Part shown: positions 37,000 to 49,600 of the stretch, in pieces
Numbering within the stretch: position 1 is the first letter of the stretch
How the letters are laid out: every line of letters begins with the position of its first letter
Source: Macrostomum lignano
Taxonomy: Eukaryota
DNA: 64,000 nt
NCBI GenBank assembly: GCA_002269645.1
Contig: NIVC01000527.1
Coordinates: 310,001 to 374,000 of the forward strand
Direction: 5' to 3'
The notes under the pieces: generated by a model
Database searches by the model: none
What the model was told of the DNA's origin: nothing
The model's input: only the letters and a program-made list of their open reading frames with translations
Position numbers and translations under genes: made by a program

Positions 37000-39802
37000 A
37001 TGAGGCTGATCACTCCCGAGATCTCCTGGCACGAGACTACGCCAATTTATTCGTGCGACATTCAGCAGACATTGAACACGGATTCTAACGGCGCCAACGG
37101 CTGGTACCGCCTAGCAACAGGCGGTAGGGACAATCGAGTCCAGCTGTGGAAGCTGCCCGCCGCGGGCGACGCCGTCGTAGAGTTTTTATCGTCGCTGCGT
37201 CGACACGAAAAGCCGGTCAATGTGGTCCGATTCTCGCCAGACCAGCGCCTGTTGGCCAGCGGCTCTGACGATGCCACCGTGCTGTTGTGGGCCCGGCAGG
37301 AGGTCCAGCCTGAGCTCCCCGCTCCCTCGGCAGCTGACGAGGATGACCTCGTGTGCAAGGAGACTTGGACTGTTTGGCGGGCGCTGCGAGCTCACTTGGA
37401 GGATGTGTACGATCTGGGATGGATGCCAGACTCCATGGTGAGTTTGGCTTAACTCATTGATCCATGAGATTTTGAGTACTCATCCTCAAATTTGATCCAT
37501 GAGATTTTGAGTACTCATCCTCAAATTTGATCCATGGGATTTCGAGTACTCATCCTCATATTTGATCTGTTAGATTTTGAGTACTCATCCTCATATTTGA
37601 TATGTGAGATTTTGAGTACTCATCCTCATATTTGATCTGTTAGATTTTGAGTACTCATCCTCATATTTGATATGTGAGATTTTGAGTACTCATCCTCATA
37701 TTTGATCTATTAGATTCTGAGTACTCATCCTCAAATTTGATCCGTGAGATTTAGAAGCCCCAACCCTCTATTCAATAGAATCTCACGCATTGGCTACCAG
37801 TCAAGCGAATAGATTATCAGTGATAAATGAGTGAACCTTAACACCCCCCGCAGGGCCTCGTGTCCGGCTCAGTTGACCGGTCCATTGTCCGCTGGAACCT
37901 GGCCAAAGAGCAGCAGCGCACAATTGTACGCGAGCACGCCCACTTTGTCCAGGGCATCGCCTGCGATCCCCTCGGACGATTGGTGGCCACCCAGAGCTCG
38001 GATCGGACCGTGCGAGTCTACGGTTGCAGCGCCAGGGCCGTTGTGATAGCCAAGTGCGTCAGGAACACTGAGCAGCAGCAGCAGCAGCAGCAGCAATCCA
38101 ACAATTATCGCCTATTCGCAGACGACAGCTGGAAATCATTCTTTCGCAGGCTGTCATTCTCGCCAGACGGAAAAGTCCTGGCAGCCCCGGCCGGCCTGCA
38201 TTGGAATGATAATTATTGCGTTCACCTGTTCGGCAGGGCCAAGCTGGACAAGCCGTTCGCGTCCCTGGTTACCGGCCAGTCCGCGCCCGTTGCTGTGCGT
38301 TTCTGTCAGCGCCGATTTGCGCTGGCTTATCATCCGCAACTGGAGCTGGGCAGGCGCAGAATTCAGCAGGATCTGGTTAAGCTGCCGTATAGATGGGTAA
38401 GGCTTTGGTGCGCTTTTATGAGGGCTGAGGTAGCTATGATTGATCAGCTGACACTTCACAAATCCTTTGCTAATGCTGGGATTTAAGTACTTTGGTGAGG
38501 GCGAGATATAAGGATTTAGTTAGTAAAGGATTTAGTTAGTGAAGGATTTCGTTAGGGAAGGATTTAGATAGTGAAGCATTTAGTTAGTGAGAGTGAGATT
38601 TAAGGATTTAGTTAGTGATGGTGAGATTTAAGGATTTGGTTAGTGATGGTGAGATTTAAGGATTTAGTTAGTGAATGAGAGATTTAAGGATTTAGTTAGT
38701 GAGGGTAGGATTTAAGGATTTAGTTAGTAAGGGTGAGATTTAAGGAATTGTTAGTGAGGGTGAGATTTAAGGATTTAGTTAGTGAGTGTGAGATTCAAGG
38801 ATTTAGTTAGTGAGTGTGAGATTTAAGGATTTAGTCAGTGAGGGTGAGATTTAAGGATTTAGTTAGTGAGTGTGAGATTTAAGGATTTAGTCAGTGAGGG
38901 TGAGATTTAAGGATTTAGTTAGTGAGTGTGAGATTTAAGGATTTAGTTAGTGAGTGTGAGATTTAAGGATTTAGTTAGTGAGGGTGAGATTTAAGGATTT
39001 AGATAGTTGAGTATGAGCTTCGAGAATTCGCTAGCTATCGTTGGTGAGATCTAAGCATCTCGTCGTCAAGATTCAACTCCAAGCGGGAGCTTCATCCCAA
39101 CCCAACGGGCAGGTGTTCGCCGTGGTGCTGGAATCCGGGGTGCTCCTGTGCGACACCCAGCATCCGTTCCCCATCGGGGCGCTGCGCAACCTGCACTACC
39201 AGGCACTGAACGATGCCGCCTGGTCGGCAGACGGCAGCCAGCTGGTGCTGGCTAGCACAGACGGCTACTGTTCCATTGTGCGCTTCGGCGAAGGCGAACT
39301 CGGCCAGCCGTTTGCCGAGCCCGAGAAGGAGAATCTGGACGCTCCGCAGACTCCACTGGCGCCTCCGCCGCCGCCGCCTCCAACGCCGCAGTCGTCGACA
39401 AAGCCGCCTCAGGCGCCGCCGGCCACCCCGCCAGCTGCTGCCGTCGCCGCCTCTTCCGCTGCTGCGCCCGCAGCCTCACCTGGCGACCCGCTGACACCGC
39501 GGGGTCAGAAGCGTCGGGTGCCGTTCGTGACGCTGGCGACGAGCCTGGATGCAGCGTCGGCTGGCGCTGGCGCCAATTCGGCGCCTGGAACGCCGACAAC
39601 AGCGGCGCCAATGACGACAAGTGTAGCTGCCGCCGCTGCACCATCGACAGTTGCCTCGACATCGGCCGCCGGCACTCCCGACAATGTCGACAGTCCGTTG
39701 CGCAAGAAGCGCCGCGTGTCGTTTTTCACTATCAGCTCCTGCGTCGGAAACGGCGGTGGCGGCGGTGGTGGGAGCGGCAGCGGCGCCAGCGAGGGCCAGT
39801 GA
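37000..39802 (+). CDS. CHAF1B: Chromatin assembly factor 1 subunit B (p60/Cac2), 3 exons, 556 aa
   Basis: Exons 37000-37437, 37854-38396, 39113-39802, all phase 0. MRLITPEISWH...PIYSCD start; WD40 repeats; SFFRRLSFSPDG; LPYRW|VFAV; STDGYCS; Pro/Ala-rich tail. Confidence 0.95.
37455..37750. repeat. 35-bp minisatellite in CHAF1B intron 1
   Basis: gagattttgagtactcatcctcaaatttgatccat, about 8 units. Confidence 0.9.
38510..39005. repeat. ~27-bp minisatellite in CHAF1B intron 2
   Basis: gtgagatttaaggatttagttagtgag units. Confidence 0.9.
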
Positions 39803-40423
39803 TATGCTTAGTGATTTATCCGAGTGGTCGGTATTTCTATGTATATATACATATTTGTGTATGTATGAGACTTATTAGTGAGCCAACATCTGGCTTCAGC
39901 CTGCGGGTATTAGGAGAAAACCACTTAGACTGGTTATTATGCATAGGCCATTCGCAAAATATTTTCCTGCAAAGTGCACGATCAACATTGAAGTCCATAT
40001 AATACTTGTTTTCCGCATAAATTTAGTTTACAAAACTCGAAACAAACGCTCAATTGCAAGTAGTTAAAGCATTTAAATAATCAATTTGTGTCTAATATTT
40101 ATGACCAATGCATACTCTGCAGCATTTTAAATAGTGCCCATTTGTAGTGAGCTAATCCTTTGGTTAGTATGTTTATAGTCTACACATAGTCAAGCTTTTC
40201 TTACCCCTAATTATAGTGCATCGAATTCTTTTATGTATTTATTGACTTATTACTTTTTCTGTACCCCATCTACCACACCACTGTCACGGCTGCCCAGTTG
40301 CGGGCCTATGAAATAAAATATTTCATGTCAATTTATTTTTCTATTTGCGCTACTCACTCTCCCGCTGCCCGTGGTGGCCAAGCAAAAATGCCATTTGAGT
40401 GTTATAGTGTGTGCCTACTTTCT

Positions 40424-40857
40424 GCATTCTCATGTCACTGGGGAGGCATTCTCATGTCACTGTAGCGGCATTCTCATGTCACTGGGGAGGCATTCTCATG
40501 TCACTGGGGAGGCATTCTCATGTCACTGTAGCGGCATTCTCATGTCACTGGGGAGGCATTCTCATGTCACTGTAGCGGCATTCTCATGTCACTGTAGCGG
40601 CATTCTCATGTCACTGTAGCGGCATTCTCATGTCACTGTAGCGGTATTCTCATGTCACTGTAGCGGCATTCTCATGTCACTGTAGCGGCATTCTCATGTC
40701 ACTGTAGCGGCATTCTCATGTCACTGTAGCGGCATTCTCATGTCACTGTAGCGGCATTCTCATGTCACTGTACGGCATTCTCATGTCACTGTAGCGGCAT
40801 TCTCATGTCACTGTAGCAGAATTCTCATGTCACTGTAGCAGAATTCTCATGTCACTA
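40424..40857. repeat. 22-bp minisatellite (gcattctcatgtcactgtagcg)
   Basis: About 19 tandem units between CHAF1B and the BarH gene. Confidence 0.92.
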
Positions 40858-41308
40858 GACAATTATGATTTTATTGGCCAGGAAAAGACAGCTATTAAAA
40901 AGCAACAAAGTCAAATTCAGGGCTCTAGCAGAAACAGCTGTTGCAAATCTTGAATTGGGGTTCGATTTTAAAAGCTTCAGACGGGATAAGCCGGTAGCTA
41001 GTGTGAAAGTTCGCAGCATGCTTAACCAGCTCGTACCGGATTAGCAAGCAGTTAAACAAACTTTAGAACCGTAATCGCTTTATCATGGTTTTGTGCCGTT
41101 TTTTAAGCTGGCTAAGTGTGGTAAAATAAAATTTTAAAACCGCTTTTATCGGAAATTATGGTAAACTTGACAACTGGATTCTCTGCTTTCAGATTTCTTG
41201 TATTTTATTGTCCTGCAAATAATCTGCTGAACTCTTTGATCTGATGCAGTGCTGCGTTTCTTAGTGGATTTGTGGCATTCAGAAGGTTCTATTTAACAGT
41301 CAGACTAG

Positions 41309-41505
41309 ATCTGTCACACCCATCCCTCACTCCATCTGTCACACCCATCCCTCACTCCATCTGTCACACCCATCCCTCACTCCATCTGTCACACCCATCC
41401 CTCACTCCATCTGTCACACCCATCCATCACTCCATCTGTCACACCCATCCCTCACTCCATCTGTCACACCCATCCATCACTCCATCTGTCACACCCATCC
41501 CTCAC
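41309..41505. repeat. 25-bp minisatellite (tctgtcacacccatccctcactcca)
   Basis: About 8 units. Confidence 0.9.
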
Positions 41506-41653
41506 TCTATACTATTTATCAAACTTTGGCATGGATTAGCAACTGTATGCGCGAACATGTAAATGGCGCTGGCTGGTGCTCCTTAGGTAACAGATGCACA
41601 AAGTTGTATTTATTCAGAGCAGAGTTTATTGAATGTCGCCAAGCCGATCAGCC

Positions 41654-44600
41654 TCACTTCTCTGCTGCTCCAGCTGCTGCAGTCGTGCTAGATTTGGCTT
41701 TGCTCTTGTTTCGGCTATCGTTATTGGCTGGCTTGTGTGCGTAGGCAGCTGCGCTGCAACAGCAGCAGCAGAATTCCGCAGGCTGAGGCGGCGCGGCTGC
41801 GGTGCCAGATACACGCAGGCGAGTCGAGTCCCGCAGCGCTGCCGCCTCTCGCTTCCATTTGGTGCTTGGTTGACAATGAAATCAGTTTTGGGGTGGGTTT
41901 AGGTGCAAGTACAGGGAGGTACTTCTATTGAATTGGATAGCTATGATCACAGATATAATAACTATAATCTGTGGCTATGATACACATGAATTTCCCTGTC
42001 AGGTATTACACCGAGCTATAGTCAAATGGCGCCTCTCTCAACTGAAATGGCGCTTTCCTTAACTGAAATGGCGCCTCTCTCAACTGAAATGGCGCTTTCC
42101 TTAACTGAAATGGCGCTTTCCTTAACTGAAATGGCGCCTCTCTCAACTGAAATGGCGCTTTCCTTAACTGAAATGGCGCCTCTCAACTGAAATGGCGCTT
42201 TCCTTAACTGAAATGGCGCCTCTCTCAACTGAGTTCTTTAGTTCCTTAACTTAAAAGGGCGCCCTCTAGACTGAAATGGCGCTCTCCTTAATTGAAATGG
42301 CGCCTCTCTCAACTGAAATGGCGCTTTCCCTTACTGAAATGGCGCCTCTCTCAACTGAAATGGCGCTTTCCTTAACTGAAATGGCGCCTCTCTCAACTGA
42401 AATGGCGCTTTCCTTAACTGAAATGGCGCCTCTCTCAAATGAAATGGCGCTTTCCTTAACTGAAATGGCGCCTCTCTCAACTGAAATGGCGCCTCTCTCA
42501 ACTGAAATGGCGCTTTCCTTAACTGAAATGGCGCCTCTCTCAACTGAGTTCTTTAGTTCCTTAACTTAAAAGGGCGCCCTCTAGACTGAAATGGCGCTCT
42601 CCTTAACTGAAATGGCGCCCCTCACCCAAAATGGCACCCCTCAACTGAAATGGCGCCCCTTCAACTGAAATGGCGCCCTCTCAATAGAACTGGCGCTCCC
42701 TCAACTAAAGTAGCGCCCCCTCAGCTGAAATAAAGCACCATCAAATGAAATGTCGCCCCCACTGCAAGCTTCCCATATTACTGAATCGCAAATCACATTG
42801 CGGAATATTTTATACCCTGTGGCACCCTGATCTATGGGAGAATAAGTGCAGAAATTTTTAAGGACAAGAACGCGCCGCTAAACTGAACCCCAGTCACCTC
42901 GACAGCCCGCATCTGTCGGTCACTCACCGCCGGTTCTGGTACCAGGTCTTCACCTGGACGTCGCTGAGGCGCAATCCGGCCGCTAGCCGGTTTCGGTCAG
43001 CCAGGCTCAGGTATTTCCGCTGGCTGAATGCTCGCTCGAGTCCACTTAGCTGCGCCTCGGTGAATGCGGTGCGAGCTTTGCGCTGCTTCCGTTGCCATGG
43101 CAATGCGGCCGCCACGGTGCCATTAGCTGACTTTGATTTCAGCGAAGCGGCTGGTTGATGGATGCGGCGTAGCAATGCTTTTCATGGGCTGACATGACCA
43201 TGTGAGCAATGAGCCCTATGAGCACTTGACCATCTGAGAAATGAGCCCTATGAGCACTTGACCATGTGAGTAATGAGCCCTATGAGCACTTGACCATGTG
43301 AGCAATGAGCCCTATGAGCACTTGACCACCTGAGCAATGAGCCCTATGAGCACTTGACCATGTGAGCAATGAGCCCTATGAGCACTTGACCATGTGAGCA
43401 ATGAGCCCTATGAGCACTTGACCACCTGAGCAATGAGCTCTATGAGCACTTGACCACCTGAGCAATGAGCCCTATGAGCACTTGACCATGTGAGCAATGA
43501 GCCCTATGAGCACTTGACCATGTGAGCAATGAGCCCTATGAGCACTTGACCACCTGAGCAATGAGCTCTATGAGCACTTGACCACCTGAGCAATGAGCCC
43601 TATGAGCACTTGACCATGTGAGCAATGAGCCCTATGAGCACTTGACCATGTGAGCAATGAGCCCTATGAGCACTTGACCATGTGAGCAATGAGCCCTATG
43701 AGCACTTGACCATCTGAGCAATGAGCCCTATGAGCACTTGACCACCTGAGCAATGAGCCCTATGAGCACTTGACCACCTGAGCAATGAGCCCTATGAGCA
43801 CTTGACCACCTGAGCAATGAGCCCTATGAGCACTTGACCATGTGAGCAATGAGCCCTATGAGCACTTGACCATGTGAGCAATGAGCCCTATGAGCACTTG
43901 ACCATCTGAGCAATGAGCCCTATGAGCACTTGACCATCTGAGCAATGAGCTCTATGAGCACTTGACCACCTGAGCAATGAGCCCTATGAGCACTTGACCA
44001 CCTGAGCAATGAGCCCTATGAGCACTTGACCATGTGAGCAATGAGCCCTATGAGCACTTGACCATGTGAGCAATGAGCCCTATGAGCACTTGACCATGTG
44101 AGCAATGAGCCCTATGAGCACTTGACCATGTGAGCAATGAGCCCTATGAGCACTTGACCATCTGAGCAATGAGCCCTATGAGCACTTGACCATGTGAGCA
44201 ATGAGCCCTATGAGCACTTGACCACCTGAGCAATGAGCCCTATGAGCACTTGACCACCTGAGCAATGAGCTCTATGAGCACTTGACCACCTGAGCAATGA
44301 GCCCTATGAGCACTTGACCATGTGAGCAATGAGCCCTATGAGCACTTGACCATGTGAGCAATGAGCCCTATGAGCACTTGACCATGTGAGCAATGAGCCC
44401 TATGAGCACTTGACCATCTGAGCAATGAGCCCTATGAGCACTTGACCACCTGAGCAATGAGCCCTATGAGCACTTGACCACCTGAGCAATGAGCCCTATG
44501 AGCACTTGACCACCTGAGCAATGAGCCCTATGAGCACTTGACCATGTGAGCAATGAACCCTATGAGCACTTGACCATCTGAGCAATGAGCCCTATGAGCA

Positions 44601-46400
44601 CTTGACCATGTGAGCAATGAGCCCTATGAGCACTTGACCATCTGAGCAATGAGCCCTATGAGCACTTGACCATGTGAGCAATGAGCCCTATGAGCACTTG
44701 ACCACCTGAGCAATGAGCCCTATGAGCACTTGACCACCTGAGCAATGAGCCCTATGAGCACTTGACCATGTGAGCAATGAGCCCTATGAGCACTTGACCA
44801 TCTGAGCAATGAGCCCTATGAGCACTTGACCATGTGAGCAATGAGCCCTATGAGCACTTGACCATCTGAGCAATGAGCCCTATGAGCACTTGACCATCTG
44901 AGCAATGAGCTCTATGAGCACTTGACCACCTGAGCAATGAGCTCTATGAGCACTTGACCACCTGAGCAATGAGCCCTATGAGCACTTGACCATGTGAGCA
45001 ATGAGCCCTATGAGCACTTGACCACCTGAGCAATGAGCTCTATGAGCACTTGACCACCTGAGCAATGAGCCCTATGAGCACTTGACCATGTGAGCAATGA
45101 GCCCTATGAGCACTTGACCATGTGAGCAATGAGCCCTATGAGCACTTGACCATGTGAGCAATGAGCCCTATGAGCACTTGACCATCTGAGCAATGAGCCC
45201 TATGAGCACTTGACCACCTGAGCAATGAGCCCTATGAGCACTTGACCTCCTGAGCAATGAGCCCTATGAGCACTTGACCACCTGAGCAATGAGCCCTATG
45301 AGCACTTGACCATGTGAGCAATGAGCCCTATGAGCACTTGACCATGTGAGCAATGAGCCCTATGAGCACTTGACCATCTGAGCAATGAGCCCTATGAGCA
45401 CTTGACCATCTGAGCAATGAGCTCTATGAGCACTTGACCACCTGAGCAATGAGCTCTATGAGCACTTGACCACCTGAGCAATGAGCCCTATGAGCACTTG
45501 ACCATGTGAGCAATGAGCCCTATGAGCACTTGACCACCTGAGCAATGAGCTCTATGAGCACTTGACCACCTGAGCAATGAGCCCTATGAGCACTTGACCA
45601 TGTGAGCAATGAGCCCTATGAGCACTTGACCATGTGAGCAATGAGCCCTATGAGCACTTGACCATGTGAGCAATGAGCCCTATGAGCACTTGACCATCTG
45701 AGCAATGAGCCCTATGAGCACTTGACCACCTGAGCAATGAGCCCTATGAGCACTTGACCTCCTGAGCAATGAGCCCTATGAGCACTTGACCACCTGAGCA
45801 ATGAGCCCTATGAGCACTTGACCATGTGAGCAATGAGCCCTATGAGCACTTGACCATGTGAGCAATGAGCCCTATGAGCACTTGACCATCTGAGCAATGA
45901 GCCCTATGAGCACTTGACCATGTGAGCAATGAGCCCTATGAGCACTTGACCATGTGAGCAATGAGCCCTATGAGCACTTGACCATCTGAGCAATGAGCCC
46001 TATGAGCACTTGACCACCTGAGCAATGAGCCCTATGAGCATTTGGACAATCATTCTACAAGCATATTGGGAGGGTTTGACATCCTAAGCGATTAATTCTC
46101 TTTGAGCGATAGGAAAGAGATCTGAAACTTTGATAATTCTTCTATTTGAAGCAAAATCCTTGATCTTTCCTTTGCTATTTGCTCATCCATCAGAGCTTGT
46201 AAATTGACCAATAATCAGAACCAGAGATGTAACTCACCGGTACGCCATGCTGTACTGTCGGCCTCGTCCAGCAGATCCTTGATCATGAAGCTCCGCTTTC
46301 TTTGGCCCGACTGCCGCTTCATCTGGTCACCGCTATTCGCGGCTGTCTTTTCAAGACTCTGCTGCATTTTGTCATTGACAGACTGGGACTGCAATGCCAT
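41654..46400 (-). CDS. BARHL: BarH-class (NKL) homeobox protein, 3 exons, 198 aa
   Basis: Exons 46400-46238, 43150-42928, 41864-41654, phase-consistent (597 nt). eh1-like SFMIKDLL; homeodomain [11 protein letters not shown]...KYLS...[10 protein letters not shown]|TKWKR with the Bar-type Tyr at position 49. Confidence 0.92.
42022..42750. repeat. 21-bp minisatellite in BarH intron 2
   Basis: aactgaaatggcgc(ctctctc / tttcctt) units. Confidence 0.9.
43193..46040. repeat. 32-bp minisatellite (~89 units) filling BarH intron 1
   Basis: gagcaatgagccctatgagcacttgacca(tgt/cct/tct). Confidence 0.96.
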
Positions 46401-46631
46401 TTTTCCGTCTGGTATACAAGCGGCTCAGTTTGTAGGCTATCACGATTTTGTGACAGCCAATTGCGCAGATTGTGGCTCAACAGTCGGACAAAACGCGTGC
46501 TTGCTTTACGTGTGCGGGTCCTTCTGCTTTAGTTTCCATGACTACCCTACGAGCTAGAACAAGTAGTCACTAGCGGATATAATTGTGGTATTCGGTGCAC
46601 ACTAATTATGTCCTACTTTACTTTAGTAACC

Positions 46632-49600
46632 ATGTGTCTCAGCCTACAGTATGGATGTGTCTCAGCCTACAGTATGGATGTGTCTCAGCCTACAGTATGG
46701 ATGTGTCTCAATCTGCAGTAATGATGTGTCTCAATCTCCAGTATTGATGTGTCTCAGCCTACAGTATTGATGTGTCTCAATCTACAGTAATGATGTGTCT
46801 TAATCTACAGTATTGATGTGTCTCAATCTCCAGTATTGATGTGTCTCAGCCTACAGTATGGATGTGTCTTAATCTACAGTAATGATGTGTCTCAATCTAC
46901 AGTAATGATGTGTCTCAGCCTACAGTATGGATGTGTCTTAATCTACAGTAATGATGTGTCTTAATCTACAGTATTGATGTGTCTCAATCTCCAGTATTGA
47001 TGTGTCTCAGCCTACAGTATGGATGTGTCTTAATCTGCAGTAATGATGTGTCTCAATCTGCAGTAATGATGTGTCTTAATCTGCAGTAATGATGTGTCTC
47101 AATCTGCAGTAATGATGTGTCTTAATCTACAGTATTGATGTGTCTCAATCTCCACTAATGATGTGTCTCAGCCTACAGTATGGATGTGTCTCAATCTACA
47201 GTATTGATGTGTCTCAGCCTACAGTATGGATGTGTCTCAATCTCCACTAATGATGTGTCTCAATCTCCAGTAATGATGTGTCTTAATCTGCAGTAATGAT
47301 GTGTCTCAATCTGCAGTATTGATGTGTCTCAATCTACAGTAATGATGTGTCTCAATCTCCAGTAATGATGTGTCTTAATCTACAGTAATGATGTGTCTCA
47401 ATCTACAGTATTGATGTGTCTCAATCTACAGTATTGATGTGTCTCAATCTACAGTATTGATGTGTCTCAATCTACAGTATTGATGTGTCTCAATCTGCAG
47501 TATTGATGTGTCTCAATCTGCAGTAATGATGTGTCTCAATATGCAGTAATGATGTGTCTCAATCTACAGTAATGATGTGTCTCAATCTGCAGTAATGATG
47601 TGTCTCAATCTACAGTAATGATGTGTCTCAATCTCCAGTATTGATGTGTCTCAATCTCCAGTATTGATGTGTCTCAATCTCTAGTTATGATGTGTCTCAA
47701 TCTACAGTAATGATGTATCTCAATCTACAGTATTGATGTGTCTCAATCTACAGTATTGATGTGTCTCAATCTACAGTAATGATGTGTCTCAATCTCGAGT
47801 AATGGCCGGTCCTAACCAACAGTATTGCTGCTTCTAGATTTTAAGCAATACATTTTAAGAATATTGGATGGATGCATTTCAATTTCAAGTCTGATTTGAG
47901 TACTCTACTCATCAATTGGAGAAAGTAGCGAGTAGAGAATATAACTGCCGTATCCGGTGCACATTAAAAATATTCACGGAAAGCCGCAGTTTCAATCGCT
48001 TCTGCAACCTCACGAACTCGGAAGGTCTTTACGGTTTCCAATCTGCTGAGCGATTGTCACGTGTCACTCCGTCATCGCTCCGGGGGGTTGGAGAACTCTG
48101 CAGACCATGCTTGTTGGAGCTCTATAGCTTATCACCATGGTGTAACCATGCGCCCCACCGATCCGTGATCAGAGACAGGCCGCAGCAGTACTTCTCTGAG
48201 CTGTCGGGTGATAAACTGGGCTCATTAATCAGAAGGCGCAGGGCGACTGCAAGTTTCCTGTTTGAGAGGGCCGCACCGCAGCTCACGCGATGCCTGCTCG
48301 ACCTCTTAATCTGCAAGGGAAGTGACTGGAGAGCGACCGAGCAGCCGATTGCATGACAACAAAGGTCAGATGTGTCTCCGTCATCTACCTCTACCTGGGG
48401 TGTCTCAATCTGCAGTAATGATGTGTCTCAATCTGCAGTAATGATGTGTTTCAATCTCTAGTAATGATGTGTCTCAATCTGCAATAATGATGTGTCTCAA
48501 TCTCAAGTAATGATGTGTCTCAATCTGCAGTAATGATGTGTCTCAATCTGCAGTAATGATGTCTCTCAATCTCCAGTTATGATGTGTCTCAATCTGCAGT
48601 AATGATGTGTCTCAATCTCCAGTATTCATGTGTCTCAATCTCCAGTAATGATGTGTCTCAATCTGCAGTAATGATGTGTCTCAATCTGCAGTAATGATGT
48701 GTCTCAATCTGCAGTAATGATGTGTCTCAATCTGCAATAATGATGTGTCTCAATCTCCAGTATTCATGTGTCTCAATCTCCAGTATTCATGTGTCTCAAT
48801 CTCCAGTATTCATGTGTCTCAATCTGCAGTAACGATGTGTCTCAATCTGCACTAATGATGTGTCTTAATCTACAGTAATGATGTGTCTCAATCTCCAGTA
48901 ATGATGTGTCTCAATCTGCAGTAATGATGTGTCTTAATCTACAGTAATGATGTGTCTCAATCTACAGTAATGATGTGTCTCAATCTCCAGTATTCATGTG
49001 TCTCAATCTCCAGTAATGATGTGTCTCAATCTGCAGTAATGATGTGTCTCAATCTCCAGTAATGATGTGTCTCAATCTGCAGTAATGATGTGTCTCAATC
49101 TGCAGTAATGATGTGTCTCAATCTGCAGTAATGATGTGTCTCAATCTACAGTAATGATGTGTCTCAATCTGCAGTAATGATGTGTCTCAATCTGCAGTAA
49201 TGATGTGTCTCAATCTCCAGTAATGATGTGTCTCAATCTGCAGTAATGATGTGTCTCAATCTGCAGTAATGATGTGTCTCAATCTGCAGTAATGATGTGT
49301 CTCAATCTCCAGTATTGATGTGTCTCAATCTGCAGTAATGATGTGTCTCAATCTGCAGTAATGATGTGTCTCAATCTGCAGTAATGATGTGTCTCAATCT
49401 ACAGTATTGATGTGTCTTAATCTACAGTATTGATGTGTCTCAATCTCCACTAATGATGTGTCTCAATCTCCAGTAATGATGTGTCTCAATCTACAGTATT
49501 GATGTGTCTTAATCTACAGTAATGATGTGTCTCAATCTACAGTATTGATGTGTCTTAATCTACAGTATTGATGTGTCTCAATCTGCACTAATGATGTGTC

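Noticed and set aside
35973-37013. 346-aa minus ORF and overlapping plus ORFs
   Set aside because: Products of the 27-bp array; the real gene starts at ATG 37000.
47916-48356. 146-aa plus-strand ORF in the satellite island
   Set aside because: Non-ATG start, no recognisable domain, no supporting plus-strand splice structure.
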